Source: the human T2T-CHM13v2.0 reference genome, Homo sapiens
Assembly (NCBI RefSeq): GCF_009914755.1
Contig: NC_060937.1
Reading direction: 5' to 3' (one strand)
DNA length: 64,000 nt
Shown: positions 1 through 12,600 of the stretch, one piece after another
How the letters are laid out: every line of letters starts with the position of its first letter
Numbering within the stretch: the stretch's first letter is position 1
Program-made: the position numbers and the translations under genes
The notes under the pieces: generated by a model
Database searches by the model: none
Seen by the model: the letters and a program-made list of their open reading frames with translations, nothing else
Told to the model about the DNA's origin: nothing

Positions 1-1297
1 GTCCAGAGCTGAAGCTCCACGGGGATGTCTGAAAAAACTTTTACTTGCACCCTTCAGCAAAGTGAGCATTTGAGAGGTGTGACACAGAAGATACAGATCT
101 CCCACCAGACTTTTGCATTTCCCTCTAATACCCCTTCCAATAACTCTATTGTGATGGAGATATGTGAAGGTAACTATGGAAGAACAGGTAAAAATAGACT
201 GTATTTCCCTGTCCCTTTATGATGGAAATTCAAGAAGCTTGAGTCAGTCTTTGAGTCATGTATATAATTTCCAGTTTTTAACTGTTCCAATGTCTTTGGT
301 TTATAATTCTGTTTGGTGCAAAGCTGATACAACATAGGGTTCAAAGAAGTGTGTATGAGTCCACATAACAGTTTGCGGACTAAACATACAACCCAAATAC
401 AATGACCACACAACCCCATTTAATGATGATATTATTATTACTAGCATAACTATGTATTATAGTGTTATTTTCCTTTTATGTTTCTGAATAAAAAATAAAC
501 TAATAAAAGTAAAGTATTTTTAACCACAAGTGTCACATATAATTTTATATTTTGTTGCTCTTTACAATTCTAAAAAAATGGCTAATTTCTCTGCATTGTT
601 AAATTATCTTCCATTCCTAAGAAGTTTCCATTCTTTATTTAATTTCTTATATTTCATTTAATATGTTTACAAATTAAACAGATAAATGAGTATAGTCTTA
701 TGTGTGTGGTTATATTTTTCTAGTTAATTTCATTGGGAGACTATCTTATTTGCCTCAGAATCAATACATCTTTATGTCTTTGATATTATGTCTGACATAT
801 TTTTCTTCAGTCTACACTTAAAAATTTTCCAGGAAATATATGATTTTTATTCACAAATATTTAAGTGATATTAAAATATGACTCAAATGATAATAAACGA
901 ACAAGGTGAGAGCAAACATAAATTGCCGAGAGATTGACTTTTCACATGAAGAAGATTAAAGAAAGTATCAATTTATACCTCTAAGTAAAAGTTCACTTTA
1001 TCTTGACGTTATACTAACTATAGTAGTAGTTTATGATAACTACTAAATTTACTAGTATTTGAAAGTGTACTGTTTTATCTATATTAATATTGAATAAATC
1101 GTTATTCAACTTTAAATATTTAATTTCATTAAAAATTACTTAGCCATTAAAACGAGGATATTCACTACTAATGGAACAACATCTCTTTTGTATTGAAATG
1201 GAGAAAATCACCAAAATTAAAATAAGAAGAATATTATATTGATGGTGAAACCTCAATTTTCTCTAGACTAAATAATAAACTGATTATTTTTAATTTG

Positions 1298-1720
1298 TTA
1301 TTTTTTATTACAGAAAGTTTCAAGCACACACAAAAGAAGGGAAATAACTAATTAATCATATGTAAGTACAACTCAGTTATAATAATTATGAATATTTTAC
1401 AATTTTTGTCTCAATTATTTCTCTTAAAACTTCTTTTCTGGAGTGTTTTAAAGTAAATGCCAAACCAATAATTTCATCATACAAATATTTATCTCTAATA
1501 CACAAATATGTTTTTTCTTCTATATTAACCTTTTTTCTTACATATTAATAAAAATATATGTTTTAACAATAACAACAACATACCTATCTTTCATATATAC
1601 TAATAATATTATCACATCTAACAAAATTAAGGATTAAAACCTAATCTCATTTAATATAGAACTGTGTTCAGTTTCCTTTTTTTTTTTTTTAGCAAAAATG
1701 ACTTCTTGTGTTGCAAAACT
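1298..1720 (-). mobile_element. Old L1M (L1ME/L1MC-type) 3'-end remnant
   Basis: Starts ATTTTTTATTACAGAAAGTTTCAAGCACACACAAAAG, which resembles the antisense of old L1M 3' ends. Highly diverged; boundaries approximate. Confidence 0.4.
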
Positions 1721-2513
1721 TACTTTGAATGTCTGTATTTTAATATGTACATAAATATCTTCATCATTCAACAGCAACATTATAGTTAAAATGCAATGAA
1801 GAGGACTGCATTAATATGCATGGTAATTATGACATGTTTCAAAATACATTCTTCATTTTCAAAGTAAGTTATACTCCTGACACATTTCAGATTATTGGAA
1901 AGTAGTGTAGTATAAAACTTCAATAGACATAATACTAAAAATATCTGGTTGCCTAAAAACATCAGGTAAGAACTTTTTATGGCATTATTACCATTACTAT
2001 TAGTTTATTTACTATGCAGTTTGAAAACAAAATTTACCTTGTGTTTCAATTACTTGGAGAAAACCTTTTTTGAAAGTTAGTGAAGTTGTAGAAAAGTCTC
2101 ATTAGAATGTTAAATATTAATGACATCTTTAAACTCCATGCTTAAGAGTTAGGGAAATAAGAATAGGAATACAATAATTTGCAAATGTAAAACTGAATAA
2201 TCTGAACTTTTTAACTCTGGGTTCTGTGTCCAACATTATGACCTTGAATGATGTGAGAAAATACATTTCTTGCTTTCTTTTTTTGCATAATTTGGAATTT
2301 ACCGTTAACCTAGGTCATTGAGATGCTGGGGGTTAGTGACCAAAATGTTCATAAGAAAGATGATGGCTTGGGAAGTTGAATTTAACTTTTTCTAAGGATG
2401 TAGTTTTTTTTTTTTTTTTTTTTAATTACTTAGAAACACAAGTTTTAACATAGAAGAGAAAGGAAACATGTCTTTCAGGAAATTTGTAAGTAACAGAAAA
2501 TCTTTCTGTTCTG

Positions 2514-2721
2514 CAATGAGAACACTTGGACACAGGAAGGGGAACATCACACACCGGGGCCTGTTGTGGGGTTCGGGGATGGGGGATGGATAGCATTAGG
2601 AGATATACCTTATGTAAATGACGAGTTAATGGGTGCAGCACACCAGCATGGAACATGTATACATATGTAACAAACCTGCATGTTGTTCACATGTACCCTA
2701 GAACTTAAAGTATACAAAAAA
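2514..2721 (+). mobile_element. Short 5'-truncated L1PA (L1PA4/5-like) 3' end with A tail and 17-bp TSD
   Basis: L1PA 3'UTR sequence CAATGAGAACACTTGGACACAGGAAGGGG...GTACCCTAGAACTTAAAGTAT followed by poly(A). TSD AAAATCTTTCTGTTCTG at 2497-2513 and 2722-2738. Confidence 0.95.
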
Positions 2722-3961
2722 AAAATCTTTCTGTTCTGGACATTCTAATGCATTTGATAGAACCCTCAAACAGGATGCCCTTTTTATAAATATTTATCTT
2801 TTCAAAAGGTATGTAATTTCTTTTACATCTTTGGTAACTTTAGGGATTAAACAGATTAGAAAATTTTTTCAATATATACTGCAAAATCAAATTGGGTCTT
2901 TATTTTACTAGCTCCGTGGCCTTATGTAATAAAATAACAACAAAATCAATCAAACAAACAACAAAACAAAACACAAATGTGTATATTTGAAAGGTATGTG
3001 TGAGAAATTTCTCTTCTAAACTCTATTTTTTCTTATCTAAAGACAACAGATTTGTTAATAATTTCTGCTTCTTCATCGAACTACCTGTATATATGTGTGT
3101 GTTTTCCCTCCAGTACCAAATCCCTACAGAGGCATTTCCTATAAGCCAGACTTGGGATAAAGGAGAGTAGCAAATGGAGCCATTTGCCCTTGGGGCCAAG
3201 CTCATTTTACCAATCACAAAATACAAAAATACAAAAAATAAAAAAGAACAAAAGACTTTGTGTTAAATATTTTTAAAATGGTTAACTGTGTTTAAAATGA
3301 TTAAAATTATTTGAGTGAGGAGAGGTGAATATTTCAGAACCCTCAAAGCACAAGTCCTTTGAATTTATTTATTTAGCTTTGTAGAGTTTTGTGCTTTCAG
3401 CAATTTATAGGTATAGAATCACATACATGGCTGCTCATGCAAACATGCACACACACATGCAAACAAGGCATCACATACCTAGAGTCACAGAACCAATATA
3501 TTCTATATATTCTCTCACTTTCCTGGAACTACAACCATGGGAACAAATTCTTTTACGTAGGGCTCCAGCATCATAGGAGAACTGGGGGAACTTGGCATGG
3601 GTTATTGTCCCTCTGTGGATTCCATACTATGGAACATCAAGATGGTGATATAGGTCTCCCTTGCCCTTCCTTATTATGGGTGTTGTCTGTTGGAGTTTAT
3701 CACTACTTCATTTGTAAATACTAAGCATTCCTGTTTTCTATCCCCCTTAAACCTTGAAAGCTCAGTTTGGATATCACTTCTTTTGGGTAGCTTTTCTGCT
3801 TGTTGCATAACAAAACTGTCATTCTAAGATTTCAATAGCTTCTCTGATACTATAGCAAAATTCAAAGTCCCTTTTTATGCTCACAAGACTCTTTAAGATC
3901 TTTTATCAACAATTCTGTCTCTCTCCACTCCCCAGCTTGCATGCTGTTTCATCCTTGTGAA

Positions 3962-4132
3962 GGCAGTATGGCTTAATAGTCAAGACTGCACAATCTGAAA
4001 CTAAACTGCTCGGCTCACCTCAGGTATTTAGTAGCCCAGTGACCTTGGGCAAGTTACCTTCCTTTTATTTCTCATGTTCCTCACCTGTAAAATAGATGTA
4101 ATTATGGTAGCCTTTATGATAGGGTGGTTGTG
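3962..4132 (+). mobile_element. MIR SINE
   Basis: MIR core motifs GTGACCTTGGGCAAGTTAC and TTCCTCACCTGTAAAATAG. L2-like remnants flank it. Confidence 0.75.
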
Positions 4133-5807
4133 TCTGTATTGTTCCTGTAATCCTTTTCTCAGTCTCTAATTATTCTCCTATACCCTCCCACTATTCTATA
4201 ACGTTATGAATTTTAGAGGTTATGTATGGGGAATCCTTGATACCCTAAATTCTGAAAAAGCTTTAGGCACATGAATGTTCTCAATAAATATTTCGTGTTT
4301 AAATGACTCTGAAAGGGAGACTCATACTCTGATAGTAATATCTGATACTGATGTCTAATACTATATTTTATAAATGTATATTTCCTCTTATATTCTGAAC
4401 TGTTTCTTCCTCATAGTGTTGCCCAGCATAGAGTTTGTATTCACCTAGCATCAATAAGTAATTTTTGGAGTGATCACAGAATAATTATAATGGTAGTTCA
4501 GAAGATCTAAAAGTCTTGGAAATAACATCCATTTTCAAATGATTTCTCCGAGAGATTACTCCCTCCAAACCTTATCTAAAACAGAAAACAAAAAACAAAA
4601 TTTAATTGAGAGATATTTTATCTATGGTCAACTTTCCTGCTGCAAGGTCTATGAAAGAAGAAAACAGAGTTTGATCTACTCATTACAGAGTTTGACCTAA
4701 GGGATGCTAATATAACTGTGTCCTTTCATCATCACCCTGTGATCCACTTTATCTTTAGCAGCTTCCCTTGTAGGAAAATGACCTGAGCATACCACATCCT
4801 CAGCAGTCAGGCAGAGTTATTATTTTAGGGAATCAAAACCCAAACAGAACATGGAAATATTTTTAGGATGCTAGCAAAACACATATAAGAGTATACGTGT
4901 TTCACAGTATCCATGTATTCCAGAATTATCTTGCTGTATAAAAGTATTTTACTATGTAAGAAATGCAAATAATAAACGAAAAGGTGACTAATGCTTCCTC
5001 ACTATAGATATTTGGCATTATAGGGCATTCAGGAAATGTACTAATATTACTAAATCATTTGTTCTGTAGAAACCCAGATATTTCACTCTTGTCTTACATT
5101 CTCATTGTCTTCCATCTTTGTTTTATGTACCTATTGTCTTTTTCCAGAGTACTTTAGCCACTAAAGGCTAGAAAAAGGCAGTTCCTCACTAGCAGACATT
5201 AAGCCCTGAGCAGCAAGAATCACAGGCAATACATGGGTTGCAGAGCAGTATTGCCACAAAGAGGGATGTGGGGATGGTAGGGATTTCATTTCTCTAGAGC
5301 AATAAGCTCAACGTAAAATGGTTCCCAATTCTTACCTAAAGACTGTGCACCATCATCGTCTCTCATAACATCACTAAACAGCTAAATAGTGTCATTCACA
5401 CCCTTCCCAACTGAAATAATGCCAAAGCTTTCCCAAGTTTATTCATCTGGATAAGAATGTGGGACAGCTGAGTAATTAGTCATAATGTCTCTTCTACTAT
5501 TTAAGGTTCAATAATTGCTATTTAAAATAATGTTTAAATAAAATTTACAGACATTTAGATATGTTACATATAAAGGTTTCTTATATTAATATAATAAATT
5601 CCATATTTTTGAAATTCAGGATATACAGCTTACTCTATTTTGACTGTAAATATTCAATTATTTCTGAAATAGTGTGTTAACCATCTCTTAAAATGTAGCC
5701 AATATTAACTGTAATACACACCAGACACTTTGAAGAATTTCTTTAAATTTAAAATATTTTAGAAAAATTTTTGTAATGGAAAAGCTAAGAAAAATTTAAA
5801 TATTTTA

Positions 5808-6181
5808 AGAATAGCCATTCTAACCAGTTTGAGGTAATATTTAGTTATGGTTTAACTCACACATATTTAGTTATGGTGATTAGTGATAAGTGTTGGCAAG
5901 GATGTGGAGAAAAGATAACTCTTGTGCACTGTTGGTGGGAATGTTAAATTATTATAGTCATTATGGAAGCTCCTCAAAAACTAAATATAGAATTGCCATA
6001 TGACCCAGCAAATTTACACTACTGGTTATAATATATCCATAAAGAAAGTGAAATCAGTACATCAAGAAGATAAGTGTACTCACATGTTCATTGTAGCACT
6101 ATTTACAATAGCCATGATATGGAAAGAATCGAAGTGCCCATCAATAGATGAATGGAATAAAAATGTGTTTTGTATATATAA

Positions 6182-6230
<49 letters not shown>

Positions 6231-6645
6231 GTGTTCCATTGTGTATATATAGTTAGCCTTTAAAAAGTAGGAAATTCTGTCATTTGAGATAACACAGATG
6301 AATCTAGAGGATACTATGCTAAGTGAAATAAGCCAGGCACAGAAAGACAAATACCACCTGATCTCACATGTGGGATGTAAAGAAATGGAACTCATAGAGG
6401 TAGAGACTAGAATGTTGGTTACCAGATGCTAAGGGGGAGAGGAGAGTACAGGAAAGGAGAGTATTGGTAAAAGGGTACAAAGTTTCAGTTAGAAAGAATA
6501 AGTCCTAGTGATTGATTGAACAGCATGGTGACTATAGTTAATGATAGTGTATTGTATGTTTCCAAATTGCTAAAAGAATGAATTTTAAATATTTGTATCA
6601 CAAATAAATGACAAGTATGTGAAGTGATGGCTATGTTAGCTTGAT
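5808..6645 (+). mobile_element. L1MA (MA4-MA8-like) 3' fragment with a short inverted 5' segment (~5808-5887, minus strand)
   Basis: ATAGCCATTCTAACCAGTTTGAGG...GATTAGTGAT is antisense L1. It abuts sense AAGTGTTGGCAAGGATGTGGAG, which runs into an L1MA-type 3'UTR (CAGCATGGTGACTATAGTTAAT). Cut off at ~6645. Confidence 0.8.
6188..6223. repeat. (CA)n microsatellite
   Basis: Perfect CA run inside the L1MA fragment. Confidence 0.95.
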
Positions 6646-6649
6646 CTGA

Positions 6650-9600
6650 AGAGTCTTGAATCACTGATGCCACCTGCCCCAAACACCCCAGCAGTGGCTG
6701 CATGGCATGGAAAGAGAATGTGTGTGTGAGAGAGGGAGAGGACAGGGATTCTGAGACATTGCATTGAACTTACCCTGTCATGGTAGAAAGCAAAACTAAG
6801 CTGAAATCAGTTGATGCCTGCCCACAGAGGGAGTATTTAAATCAGCTCTAGCCAGAGGGAAATTGTTTATCTCAGCAGTCAGAACTTGAGTTTGAGCAAG
6901 ACCTGCCACCATGGTCAAAAGTGCACTGGGACCTAAATAAACTTCAAATGCAGTCTAGGCCACAAGGACTACAAGTCCTAGATGAGTCCTACTGCTGAAT
7001 TGGGCTCAGAGCCAGAGGATGTGGGTGGTATGTGACTACTGAGGCATCAAACAGGGTGGATGAGGGAGTGCTATGTCACCCCTTTTCCAAACCCAGGCTT
7101 CAGAGCTCATGCCTCCAAAGGAGATGCCTACCTTTCAACTGAGGAGATGAGAAGGAAGAATAAAGAGAACTTTGCCTTGCATCTTGGATACAAGCTCAGC
7201 CACATTAGGATAGAGCACTAGGCAGAGTCATGAGGCCCCTTTTCCAGGCCCTAGCTCCCAGATGACATTTCTAGATACACCTTGGCCAGAAGGGAGCCCA
7301 CTGCCTTTAGGAAAAGGACTTTGTCCTAGCAGAATTCTTTGCCTGCAGGCTAAAGTGCCCTTGGCCCCTAAATAGTACGCCATGGACCTTGGGTAAAACT
7401 GAGACAAACTGACTTCAAGTGAAACTTGGCATATTCCCAGCTGTGGTGGCTATGAGCAAAAACCGTTGCCTGAGACAATAGATAGAAAAGGAAGGGAACT
7501 TTGTCTTGCGCCTTAGGTACCAGATTGTCCACAGTGGGATGAAGCACCAAGGAGGCTCTTGGGATTTCCAAAGCCAGGACTTGGATTTTGGAAGACATTT
7601 CTGGACCTTCTCTGGGTCAGAGAGGAGACCTCAGCCTGAAGGATGAATCCCAGGCCAGGCAGCATTCACCACAAGCTGACTGAGGAGCCCTTGGACCCTA
7701 AGGGAACATTGGCGGTAGGCTGGCAGTACTCCCTGTGGGCCTGCGGTGGTGGGTAAAGCTCCTTTGCCTGTGGAACTGGGAGAAAAAAAGTGAGAAAAAC
7801 TGCATCTCATTGTTTGTCAGCTCATCCATAGCACAATAGGACAATAGATAGACTGCTAACATTTTGACTCCAGTCCCTGGTTCGTGGATAGCACCTCATG
7901 ACTAACCTGGGGCCTGGGGCAAATAACTGCCCAGGTAGCCAGGTAGTTGTTTCAGCAGGTGTTGGGCAAGATCCTGGCTTCAGGTATGACCCAGCACAGT
8001 CCCAGTGACCACAGGGGTGCTTGTGTCACCTCATCCCCAGTTGCAGGTGGCTCAGAAAGAGAGAGAAACATTTTTTTGTGAGAAAGTAAGGGAAGAGAAT
8101 AAGAGTGTCTGCCTGGCAATCTATAGATTTCTTCTGGATCTTATTCAAGACGATCAAGGTGGTACCTCTATGACTGTGCAAGAACCACAGGATAACTGGG
8201 CTTGGGGTGGCCCCCAACAGAAACACAACTTATAACACAACACCTTATTCCTTTTGAATATTTGGAAAGCTTTCCCAAGAAGGACAGGTACAAACAAGCC
8301 CAGACTGTGAAGACCACAGTAAATACCAAACCCTTCAATGCTCAGGCATAGATGGACATACACAATAATCAAGATCATCCAGGAAGATATGAACTCACCA
8401 AATGAACCAAATAAAGTACCAGGGACCAATCCTAGAGAACAGACATATGTGACCTTTCAGACAGAGAATTCAAATCAGCTGTTTTGAGGAAACTCAATGA
8501 AATTTTAAGATAACACAGAAGGAATTCAGAATTCTATCAGATAGATTTGCCACAGATATTAAAATAATTAAAAGGTTTAAAGGAGAAATTCTGAAACTGA
8601 AAAATTCAATTGAAATACTGAAGAAGGCATCAGAATATTTTTCTAGCAAAACTGGTCAAGCAGACGAAAAAATTAGTGAGATTGAGCATGGGCTACTTAA
8701 AAATACATAGAAAATACAAAAGAAAAAAGAAAGCCAAGAAGCATGCCTATCTTATCTAGGAAACAGCTTCAAAAGGGAAAATCTAAGAGTTATTGGCCTA
8801 ATAGCAGAGGTAGAGAAAGAGATAGGGGTAGAAGTACATTCAAAGGGATAATAACAAAGAACTTCCTAAACCTAGAGAAGGATATCAATATCCAAGTATG
8901 AGAAGGATATAGAACACCAAAAAGATTGAACCCAGAGAAGACTACCTCAAGGTATTTAATAATCAAATTCCAAAATGTCAAGGATAAAGAAAGAACTCTA
9001 AAAGCAGCAAGAGAAGAGAAACAAATAACTTTCAATGCTATTCCAATACATCAGTCAGCAGACTTTTCAGTGGAAACCTTACAGGCCAGGAGAGAGTGGC
9101 ATAACATGTTTGAAGTGCTGAAGGAAAACAAACAAACAAACAAAAAAACTCTTTATCCTGGAATAATATATCCACAGGAAATATACTTCAAATATGAAGG
9201 AGAAATAAAGACTTTCCCAGACAAACAAAAGCTGAGAGATTTCATCAACAACTGAACTATTCAACAAGAAATACTAAAGAGAGTACTTCAATCAGAAAAA
9301 AAAAAGATGTTAATAAGTGAAAGGAAATTACCAGAGGTACAAAACTCATTGATGATAGTAAGTATGTAGAAAAACACAGAATAGTACAACAGTGTAACTG
9401 TAGTTTCTAAACTATTCTTATCTAAACAATAACCCAATCAAAAATAACTACTATGACTTTTCAAGACATAGACAATACAATAAAATATAAATTGAAACAA
9501 CAAAAGTTAAACACTGGGAAAATAAAGCTAACATGTACAATTTTTATTAGTTTATTTGCTTGTTTATTTTTTATACAAACAGTGTTAACTTGTTATCAGG

Positions 9601-12600
9601 TTAAAGTGATGGGTCCTAACATAGTATTTGCGAGGTTTATGGTAACCTCAAATCAAAAAACTTACAACAGATACACAAAAAATAAAAATCAAGAAATTAA
9701 ATCATACTGCCAAAGAAAATTACTTTCTCTAAAAGAAAGACATGAAGGGAAGAAAAAAAAGAAGTGAAGACCACAAAACAATAAAAAATAACAAAATGGC
9801 AGGAGTAAGTTCTTACTCATCAATAATAACATTGAATGTAAATAGACTAAACTCTCAGATCAAAAGACGGAATGGTCAAATGGATAAAAAGCAAGACCCA
9901 ATGATCAGTTGCCTACTAGAAACTCACTTCACCTATAAAAACACATATATACTGAAAGTAAAAAGATGTAAAAAGATATTCTGTGCCAATGGAAATCAGA
10001 AAAGAGCAAGAATAATTATACTTATGCAAAACAGTTTTCAAGACAAAAACTATTAGAAGAGCAAAGAAGGTCACTATATAATAATAAAGAGTCAATTCAG
10101 CAGGAGAATGTAACAATTGTAATTATATATGAACCCAACACTGGAACACCAAGATATATAAAACAAATATAATTAGAGCTGAAGAGGAAGATAGACCTCA
10201 ATTTAAAAAAATATCTGGAGATGTCAACACCCTGTTTCATCATTCTATAGGTCATCCAGACAGAATATCAACAATGAAATATTAGACTGAATCAGCCCTA
10301 CAGACTAAATGGACCTAATAAATATTTACAGAACATTTCATCTAATGGCTTCAGAATATTCATTCTTTCCCTCAGTACCTGGACCATTCTCAAGGCTAGA
10401 TTATATATTAGGCCAGAAAACAAGTCTTTAGACATTCCAAAAAACTGAAATAATATCAAGTATCTTCTCTAAACACCATGGCATAAAACTAGAAATCAAT
10501 AGCAAGAGCAATTTTTGAAAGTATACCAACACATGGAAATTAATCAATATACTCCTGAGTGACCAGTGGGTCAATGAAGAATTAAAAAGAAAATTGAAAA
10601 TTTCCTGGAAACAAATTATAATGGAAACACAATATACCAAAACCTATGAGATACAGCAAAAGCAATACTAGGAAGGAAGTTAATAGCTGTAAGGGCCTAC
10701 ATCAAAAAACAGGAAAACCATCAAATAAACAACCTAACTGCATTGTAAAGAATTAGAAAAGCAAGAGCAAACCAAACATGAAATTAGTAGAAGAAAAGAA
10801 ATAATAAAGATCAGAGCAGAAATAAATGAATTTGAAATGAAGAAAACAATACAAAAGATAAATGAAACAAAAACTTTTTTTTTGAAAAAGTAAAGAAAAT
10901 TAACACACTTTTAGTGAGACTAAGAGAAAAATACAGAAGATCCAAATAATAAATTAAGAGATGAAAAAGGGGAAATAGCAACTGATATCACAGAAATTCG
11001 AAGACTCATTAGTGGCTAATATGTGCAACTATATGCTAATATATTGGGAAATCTAAAGGAAATGGATAAATTCCTTGACACTCAGAACCTACCAAGATTA
11101 AATGATGAAGACATTCAAAACCTAAACAGACCAATATCAAGTAACAATATCAAAGCTATAATAACAAGTTTCTCAGCAAAGAAAAGCCCAGGACTTGATG
11201 GTTTCATTGCTGAATTCTACCAAATATTTAAAGAAGAACTAATACCAATTCAATTCAAACTATTTCAAAATATAGAAGAGGAGGGAATACTTCCAAATGC
11301 ATTCTGCAAGACTGGTATTACTCTGAAACCAAAACCAAAAAAAGACACCTCAAAAATAATTAAAAAATAAAACTACAGGCCAATATCCCTGATGAATATT
11401 GATGCAAAAATTGTTAGCAAAATACTAGCAAACCAAATTCAACAAGATAATGAAAAGATTATTCATTATGACCAAGTATGATTAATCCCAGGGATGCAAG
11501 GATTGTTCAACATATACAAATCAATTAATGTGTCACATCATATCAACAGAAATAAGGACAAAACCATATGATGTCAATTAATGCTGCAAAGCATTTGATA
11601 AAATGCAACATCCTTTCATGATAAAAACCTTCAAAAAACTAGGAGTAGAAGGAACATATCTCAACATAATGAAAGCCACACCTGGCTTTTATTAGGCTCA
11701 TAGCTAGTATTATTCTGAATGGAGAAAAAGTGAGTCTTTAAGGTCAGAAACATGACAAGAATGCCCACTTGCACCCCTATTATTCAACATAGGACTGGAA
11801 GTCTTAGCTAGAGCAAACATGCTAGAGAAAGAAATAAAGGGCATCCAAATTGGAAAGGAAGAAGTCAGATTATCCTTGTTAGCAGATGATATAATCTTAT
11901 ACTTGAAAAAACCTCAAGAGTCTACCAAGACAAACAATTAGAACTAATAAATAAATTCAGTAAAGTTGCAGGATACCATTCAATGAACAAAAATAAGTAG
12001 GATTTCTAGCCTTGAGAATGGTCCAGGTACTGAGGGAAAGAATGAATATTCTGAAGCCATTAGATGAAATGTTCTGTAAATATTTATTAGGTCCATTTAG
12101 TCTGTAGGGCTGATTCAGTCTAATATTTCATTGTTGATATTCTGTCTGGATGACCCATAGAATGATGAAACAGGGTGTTGACATCTCCAGATATTTTTTT
12201 AAATTGAGGTCTATCTTTCTCTTCAGCTCCAATTATATGCCAACAGCAAACAATCTGAAAAGGAAATCAAGAAAATAACCCTATTTACAATAGCTGCAAT
12301 ATAATACAATTTCTAGAAATTAACTAAAGAAGTCAAAGATCTCTACAGTAAGAAGTATAAAACATTGATGCAAGAAACTGAAGACAACACACAAAAATGG
12401 AAGGATATTCCATGTTTATAGATTGAAAGAATCAATGTTGTTAAAATATCTATACTACCCAAAGCAATTTATAGATTTATTGTATTTCCCGTTAAAAAAA
12501 TAATGAAATTCTTCACAGAAACAGAAAAAAATTCTAAAGTTTATATGAAGCCATGAAAGACCTAGAATAGCCAAAGCTATCCTAAACAAAGGAGAAAAAA

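Noticed and set aside
8926-11370. L1 ORF1/ORF2 peptides as functional CDS
   Set aside because: They are short fragments broken by stops, frameshifts and an inverted insertion; the element is inactive.
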